Shown here piece by piece: positions 58,842 to 64,000 of a stretch of DNA of 64,000 bases; the first letter of the stretch is position 1, and each line of letters starts with the position of its first letter. The DNA comes from an uncultured beta proteobacterium. GTDB lineage: Bacteria; Pseudomonadota; Gammaproteobacteria; Burkholderiales; Casimicrobiaceae. Where the stretch lies: positions 99,162 to 163,161 of the forward strand of contig CAVRVC010000007.1 in NCBI GenBank assembly GCA_963724545.1, given 5' to 3'. Both the position numbers and the translations under genes were made by a program. The notes beneath the pieces are model-generated. The model had not been told where the DNA came from. It did no database searches and worked only from the letters and a program-made list of their open reading frames with translations.

Positions 58842-59494
58842 TCGTCGACTGGTACTTCGACTTCGTATCGCCGTTTGCGTACCTGCAGAGCGAAGAGCTC
58901 GGGTCGCTGCCGCGGCGCGTCGCCGTGCGCTACCGGCCTGTCCTGTTCGCCGGCCTGCTGGGCGCGAACGGGCAGAAGGGCCCGGCCGAGATCCCCGCCA
59001 AGCGCGCGTTCACGTACCGCTTCTGCCTGTGGCGGGCGAAGTCGCTCGGCGTCCCGCTGCGGTTTCCGCCGGAGCATCCGTTCAATCCGTTGCCGCTCTT
59101 GCGCCTTGCCATCGCGTGCGATTCCTCGGCCGATGCCGTGCACCGGATTTTCCGCTTCGTCTGGCGGGACGGCCGGATGCCCGACCTGCCGATCGAGTGG
59201 GCGGAGCTCGCGGGCTCGCTCGGCGTGCCCGATGCCGAAGCGAGGATCGCGACGGCCGAAGTCAAGGACGAGCTTCGGCGCAACACCGACGAGGCGATCG
59301 CGCGCGGCGTGTTCGGCGTGCCGACGCTCGCCGTCGACGGCGAGCTCTTCTGGGGCGCCGACGCGACGGCGATGGCTGCCGACTACATCGCCGCCGGCTG
59401 CAAGTACACGGACCCGGAGTACGCGCGCATCGCCGCGTTGCCGGTCGGCGCGACACGCCGCGATGGCGGCGGCAAGCCGGTCAGGAAAGCCTGA
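58838..59494 (+). CDS. 2-hydroxychromene-2-carboxylate isomerase / DsbA-like thioredoxin-fold protein
   Basis: MIVDWYFDFVSPFAYL...VFGVPTLAVDGELFWGADA. Paralogue of 49662..50267. Confidence 0.8.
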   Translation: MIVDWYFDFVSPFAYLQSEELGSLPRRVAVRYRPVLFAGLLGANGQKGPAEIPAKRAFTYRFCLWRAKSLGVPLRFPPEHPFNPLPLLRLAIACDSSADAVHRIFRFVWRDGRMPDLPIEWAELAGSLGVPDAEARIATAEVKDELRRNTDEAIARGVFGVPTLAVDGELFWGADATAMAADYIAAGCKYTDPEYARIAALPVGATRRDGGGKPVRKA

Positions 59495-60695
59495 CGACGC
59501 CGGCCGCGATCAGCTCGGCGATCGCGGCTTCCCCAAAGCCCGCCTCGCGCAGGACCTCGGCGCCGTGCTCGCCTTGCGCCGGCGCGTGACGCGTCACGCG
59601 GAACTCGTGGCCGGACACCTTGAACGGCGGCGCGTATTCGCGCGATCCGTCGTCGCGCGCGCGCACCATCCGCCGCGCGGCGAACTGCGGATCGGCGAGC
59701 GCCTCGTCGAGTGTCGCGATCGGCGTGACGCAGCAATCCGCCGAAGAGAATCGCGCGGCCCATTCCGCGGCCGTGGCCCCGGAGAAGACCTGCTCGAGCT
59801 CGCGGCGAACGCGCAGGCCCTCGTCGCCCACCGCGAACTGGACGGCAACGAGATCGGGGCGCGCGATGGTGGCGCACAGCGCACGCCAGAATTTGTCCTC
59901 GAGCGCACCCACCGCGAGCCAGCGCCCGTCCTGCGTCGGGTAGACGCCGTAGCAGGGAACGCCGCCGGTGAGGAGATCCTCGCCGCGCGGCAGCACGTGC
60001 CCCCATTGCTCGAGCGCGTGGAGTGCGAAGATGTTGTGCGCGAGCGACGCGTCGGTCATCGCCACGTCGACGTAACGCCCGAGCCCGGTCCGGCCGGCGC
60101 CGACGAGCGCCGCGAGGAGCGCGATGGCCGCGGACGCCGCGCCGCCGAGGAGGTCCGCGATCTGCAGGTTGCACAACGCCGGCGGTCCGCCGCGCACGCC
60201 GGTCTGGTCGAGCACGCCGGCATAACCCAGGTAGTTGATGTCGTGTCCGGCGAGGTGCGCGCGCGGCCCGCCCTGGCCGTACCCCGAGATCGCCGCGTAG
60301 ACGATGCGCGGATTCATGGCCGCGACCGCGTCGTAGTCGACGCCGAGCGAGGCCACGACGCCGGGCCGGAAGCTCTCGACGACGACGTCCGCCTTCCGTG
60401 CCAGCGCGAGAAATGCCTCGCGTCCCCGCTTGTCCTTGAGATCGATCGCGAGGCTCCGCTTGTTGCGGTTGACCGCGCGAAAGAAAGCCGAGACCGTGCC
60501 CGGGCGATTGCCGAGATTCCGCGCATAGTCGCCGGCGCCGGTGTCCTCGACCTTGACGACGTCGGCGCCGAGATCGGCGAGGTACAGCGTGCACACCGGA
60601 CCCGGCAGCAGCCGCGTGAGGTCGAGCACGCGGATGCCGGCAAGCGGCCCCGCATCGCGTGCCGGCGCGCCCGGCGGCGACGATTCGCTGCTCAA
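59481..60695 (-). CDS. CaiB/BaiF-family (type III) CoA-transferase
   Basis: PLAGIRVLDLTRLLPGPVCTLYLADLGADVVKVE...FRAVNRNKRSL.IDLK. The first codon in the ORF track is TTG, so the true start is uncertain. Confidence 0.82.
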   Translation of the reverse strand: MSSESSPPGAPARDAGPLAGIRVLDLTRLLPGPVCTLYLADLGADVVKVEDTGAGDYARNLGNRPGTVSAFFRAVNRNKRSLAIDLKDKRGREAFLALARKADVVVESFRPGVVASLGVDYDAVAAMNPRIVYAAISGYGQGGPRAHLAGHDINYLGYAGVLDQTGVRGGPPALCNLQIADLLGGAASAAIALLAALVGAGRTGLGRYVDVAMTDASLAHNIFALHALEQWGHVLPRGEDLLTGGVPCYGVYPTQDGRWLAVGALEDKFWRALCATIARPDLVAVQFAVGDEGLRVRRELEQVFSGATAAEWAARFSSADCCVTPIATLDEALADPQFAARRMVRARDDGSREYAPPFKVSGHEFRVTRHAPAQGEHGAEVLREAGFGEAAIAELIAAGVVRLS

Positions 60696-61861
60696 AGGAG
60701 ATCAGCGCCCGGGATGCCGAGCCCGCGCTTGATGGCCCGCGCCGTCGCGAGCGCGTCGTCGAGCGAGGCGGCAAGGCAGGTGACGTGCCCCATCTTGCGG
60801 CCGCGCCGCGGCTCGGCCTTGCCGTACAGGTGGAGCTTGGCCGACGGGTGCCGGAGGACGCGCGTCCAATCGGGCTCGCGCGGTGCGGCGCCGCCCCCTT
60901 CGAACCAGACGTCGCCGAGGAGGTTCACCATCACGGCGGGTTCGTGCTGCCGGGCATCGCCGAGCGGAAGGCCCGCGAGCACCCGCGCCTGCTGTTCGAA
61001 CTGCGACGTCACGCAGGCATCGATCGTGTAGTGGCCGCTGTTGTGCGGGCGCGGGGCGATCTCGTTGACGATCAGCATGCTGTCGGCGGTCACGAACATC
61101 TCCACGCACAGCACGCCGCGGTAGTCGAGCTTCGCTGCGACGGCCGTGGCGACATCGCGCGCCTCCTTCGCCAACGCGCCGGACACGCGCGCCGGGACGA
61201 TCGAGACGTCGAGGATGCCGTCGCGGTGCCGGTTCTCCGCAACGGGCCAGGTCGACGTGTCTCCGTGCTCCGTGCGCGCGACGACGACCGAAACTTCCGC
61301 GGCCAGGGGGACGAGCCGCTCGATGACGCAAGGATTGCGGCCCATCGCCGCCCACGCGGCGGCGACTTCGCCGCGCGAGGCGACGCGGATCTGGCCCTTG
61401 CCGTCGTAGCCGAAACGCGCGCTCTTCACGATGCCGGGGCAAAGCGACGCGTCGGCCGATCTCGCATCGTCCTCCGTCGCGAGCACCGCGTACGGCGCTA
61501 CCGCGAAGCCGTGTCGCGCCAGAAAGGACTTCTCGCGAATGCGGTCCTGCGCGATGGCGACGCTTGCGGCGCCGGGACATACGCGCGCCGTGCGCGCGAG
61601 AAACGCGAGCGCGTCGGCCGGGACGTTCTCGAACTCGGTGGTGGCCGCGCTCGCCAGGGCGGCGAGCTCCGCGAGGCCGCGCGGGTCGAGGTAGTCGCCG
61701 CGAATGTGGCGATCGGCAACGCTCGCGGCCGGGCCGGACTCGCCCGGATCGAGCACCGCGACCCGATAGCCGAGGCTCTGCGCCGCCATGCAGAACATGC
61801 GGCCGAGCTGTCCGCCCCCCAGGAGACCCAGCCATGCGCCTGGGGCGACGACGGATTCCAC
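60692..61861 (-). CDS. purK: N5-carboxyaminoimidazole ribonucleotide synthase
   Basis: LGLLGGGQLGRMF..., ATP-grasp body, ...GRKMGHVT. GTG start at 61861. Lies immediately downstream of purE. Confidence 0.9.
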   Translation of the reverse strand: MESVVAPGAWLGLLGGGQLGRMFCMAAQSLGYRVAVLDPGESGPAASVADRHIRGDYLDPRGLAELAALASAATTEFENVPADALAFLARTARVCPGAASVAIAQDRIREKSFLARHGFAVAPYAVLATEDDARSADASLCPGIVKSARFGYDGKGQIRVASRGEVAAAWAAMGRNPCVIERLVPLAAEVSVVVARTEHGDTSTWPVAENRHRDGILDVSIVPARVSGALAKEARDVATAVAAKLDYRGVLCVEMFVTADSMLIVNEIAPRPHNSGHYTIDACVTSQFEQQARVLAGLPLGDARQHEPAVMVNLLGDVWFEGGGAAPREPDWTRVLRHPSAKLHLYGKAEPRRGRKMGHVTCLAASLDDALATARAIKRGLGIPGADLL

Positions 61862-61863
61862 GG

Positions 61864-62370
61864 CTAGGTCGCGGGTGGAACGCGCATCGCGCGTGCCGCG
61901 TTCGTCTGTTTCAGGCGGAACGCCGCGAGCTTCCGCGCGACCGCAGGGTCGGTTCCCGCGATGATCGCGACGGCGAAGAGCCCGGCGTTCGCCGCGCCGG
62001 CCTCGCCGATCGCGAACGTCGCGACCGGGATGCCCTTCGGCATCTGGACGATCGAGTAGAGCGAATCCTCGCCGCGCAGGTACTTCGACGGCACCGGGAC
62101 GCCCAGGACCGGCACCGTCGTCTTCGAGGCGAGCATCCCCGGCAGGTGCGCGGCCCCGCCCGCGCCGGCGATGATGCAGCGAAGGCCGCGCGGTCCGGCG
62201 TCTTCCGCGTACTCGAGCATGTCGTCCGGCATCCGATGCGCCGAGAGCACCCGGGCTTCATGGGCGATGCCGAAGGCGTCGAGCTGGGCCGCCGCGTGGC
62301 GCATGATGTCCCAGTCGCTTTCGCTGCCCATGACGACACCGACCAGCGTGGCGATTTTGCGTTGGCCCAT
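61864..62370 (-). CDS. purE: N5-carboxyaminoimidazole ribonucleotide mutase
   Basis: ORF 61864..63645(-) trimmed to the ATG at 62370. [17 protein letters not shown]...[30 protein letters not shown]. About 168 aa. Confidence 0.92.
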   Translation of the reverse strand: MGQRKIATLVGVVMGSESDWDIMRHAAAQLDAFGIAHEARVLSAHRMPDDMLEYAEDAGPRGLRCIIAGAGGAAHLPGMLASKTTVPVLGVPVPSKYLRGEDSLYSIVQMPKGIPVATFAIGEAGAANAGLFAVAIIAGTDPAVARKLAAFRLKQTNAARAMRVPPAT

Positions 62371-62550
62371 CGGCCCTCCCCGAGGGCAGACCGCGCGGCG
62401 GGGGGAACCGCACGCGAATCCGCAATGTCCATCAATCTTAGCACCCGCCGAGGGGTTGCCGCGCACACTCGGCGGCCACGTCGCGCGCGGTCGCGGACGA
62501 AAAGGTTGCCGTTCTCCCTCGCGGTCGCGGACAATGACGCCATGGTTCGA

Positions 62551-64000
62551 ATGCATCGCGCGATCTACCTCCTGACGCTGGTCCTCGGCGCGCTTGTCGC
62601 GGCCACCGCCGTCGCGCAGGGTGACATGGATTTCCTGGCGGCGCGCACGGCCTTCGAGCGCGGCGACCGGTCTCGCCTCGACGCGCTCGCGCCGAAGCTC
62701 GCCGACCACGTCCTCGCGCCGTACGTCGAGTACTGGCAGCAGAAGCTCAGGATCGACAGCGCCACCGACGGCGAGATCAACGCGTACCTCGACCGCTGGC
62801 CCCAGACCCCGCTTGCGGACCGCTTGCGCGTCGAATGGCTGAAGTCGCTGGGCAAGCGCGCCCAGTGGGCGAGCTTCGCGACCCTTTACTCCCCGTTGCC
62901 CGGCGAGGACGTCGAGCTCGCGTGCTACGGCGTGCAGTACCGCCGCCAGCGCGACGGCGCCGCCGCGCTGGCGGATGCGAAGCCCCTCTGGTTCACCGGC
63001 CAGACCACGCCCGATTCGTGCGGGCCGCTGTTTGCCGCTCTGATCGCGAAGGGCGAATTGACGGTCGCCGACCGCCGCGCGCGCTTCAGGCTCGCGACGG
63101 AAGCGGGCAACGTGCGCCTCGCGCAGTCGATTGCCGCGGACCTGCCGCCCAACGACCGGATCACGGCGCGGGATTTCGCGCGTGTGGAAGCAAGCCCTGG
63201 GCCCTCGCTCGCGCGGGGCAGCTTCCGCTGGGAGGGGCACGGCGGCAGCGACCTCGCACTCTACGCGCTCGAACGCGCGGCGCGAACCGACGCGGCCGGC
63301 GTTCGCGCGGCGTGGGAAAAGCTGCGCAACCGGCTCTCGGAGGCCGACCGCCTCTACGGCAATGCCAGGATCGCGTTCCACGCGGCGCGACAACAGAACC
63401 CCCAGGCGGCCGAGTGGTACCGCGAGATCGGGAACGCGCCGCTGTCGGACGCGCAGCGCGCCTGGCGCGTTCGCGCGGCGCTGCGGGTCGGCGCGTGGCC
63501 GGACGTGCTCGCCGCGATCGAAGCGATGCCGTCCTCCGAGCAGGAGGATGCGGCGTGGCGCTACTGGAAGGCGCGTGCGCTGACGGCCACGGGTCGCGCG
63601 GCGGAGGCGGCCCCGATCTTCACGGGGCTTGCGGGGGAGATCCATTTCTACGGCATGCTGGCGGCAGAGGCGATCGGAAAGCGGCAGGAGCTCGCGAGCG
63701 CGCCGGTCGAGCCCGATGCCGACGCGCTCGCCGCGTTCGGCGCGACGGAAGGCGTGCGCCGCGCCGTCAAGCTCGCGCGCCTCGACATGCGGCCGGAGTC
63801 ACAGCGCGAATGGCTCTACGTCGTGCGCGGGCGCCCCGACGAGTCGCTGCTGCTGGCCGCCGAGTATGCGCGACGCGAAGGGCTCTACGACCGCGCGATC
63901 AACACCGCCGAAAGGACATCGGCGCGGCACGATTACGGGCTCCGTTACCTGATGCCGTTCCGCGAGCAGTTTGCCGCCGCCGCGCAGGAGAACGCGGTGG
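62551..64000 (+). CDS. slt: soluble lytic murein transglycosylase (Slt70-like), 3'-truncated by the window edge
   Basis: Not listed in the ORF track because no stop is reached. My own translation from the ATG at 62551 is open to 64000. Signal peptide [24 protein letters not shown], then a helical-repeat region (YVEYWQQKL..., WRYWKARAL..., [20 protein letters not shown]). The catalytic domain would lie beyond the window. Confidence 0.75.
   Translation, partial: MHRAIYLLTLVLGALVAATAVAQGDMDFLAARTAFERGDRSRLDALAPKLADHVLAPYVEYWQQKLRIDSATDGEINAYLDRWPQTPLADRLRVEWLKSLGKRAQWASFATLYSPLPGEDVELACYGVQYRRQRDGAAALADAKPLWFTGQTTPDSCGPLFAALIAKGELTVADRRARFRLATEAGNVRLAQSIAADLPPNDRITARDFARVEASPGPSLARGSFRWEGHGGSDLALYALERAARTDAAGVRAAWEKLRNRLSEADRLYGNARIAFHAARQQNPQAAEWYREIGNAPLSDAQRAWRVRAALRVGAWPDVLAAIEAMPSSEQEDAAWRYWKARALTATGRAAEAAPIFTGLAGEIHFYGMLAAEAIGKRQELASAPVEPDADALAAFGATEGVRRAVKLARLDMRPESQREWLYVVRGRPDESLLLAAEYARREGLYDRAINTAERTSARHDYGLRYLMPFREQFAAAAQENAV

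Noticed and set aside
62544-62552. GGTTCGAAT, resembling a tRNA T-arm
   Set aside because: No complementary acceptor or T-stem, or D or anticodon arms, can be built around it. It overlaps the slt start codon.

Overview
High-GC (about 68-70%) chromosomal segment whose gene order looks like a betaproteobacterial (Burkholderiales-like) core genome. Order: tolC' / waaA-waaC / epimerase-rfbBACD / MOSC protein-cytochrome c4 / engB-hemB / hypothetical-mrcA / pilMNOPQ-aroK-aroB / Ig-repeat lipoprotein / gltBD-hemE-priA-argS-SPOR-dsbA-SDR / autotransporter GDSL esterase / FecR-like protein / glycine-zipper gene-phaC-MBL hydrolase / liuR plus a roughly 14-kb co-directional leucine/isovalerate catabolic array / CoA-transferase-purK-purE / slt'. 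I saw no rRNA, tRNA, CRISPR array, transposase, integrase, phage gene or recognisable defence or toxin-antitoxin module. I do not see a convincing new multi-gene system. The strongest signal is a roughly 12.3-kb tract (about 36.4-48.7 kb) in which almost every gene can only be read by hopping frames: at least 45 single-base frameshifts, mostly extra bases. The flanking multi-kb genes (gltB, mrcA, pilQ, mccA, mccB) are intact. This most likely reflects sequence quality but should be checked. Other items worth a second look: a 39-nt inverted copy of an internal rfbD segment placed just after the rfbD stop; a lipoprotein with tandem Cys-bounded GGTPPY Ig-like modules between aroB and gltB; a 49-codon ORF bridging rfbB and rfbA with ATGA overlaps at both ends; and a perfect 16-bp palindrome between liuR and ivd. 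All product calls rest on my reading of the translated ORFs (motifs, length, synteny). No database search was run.
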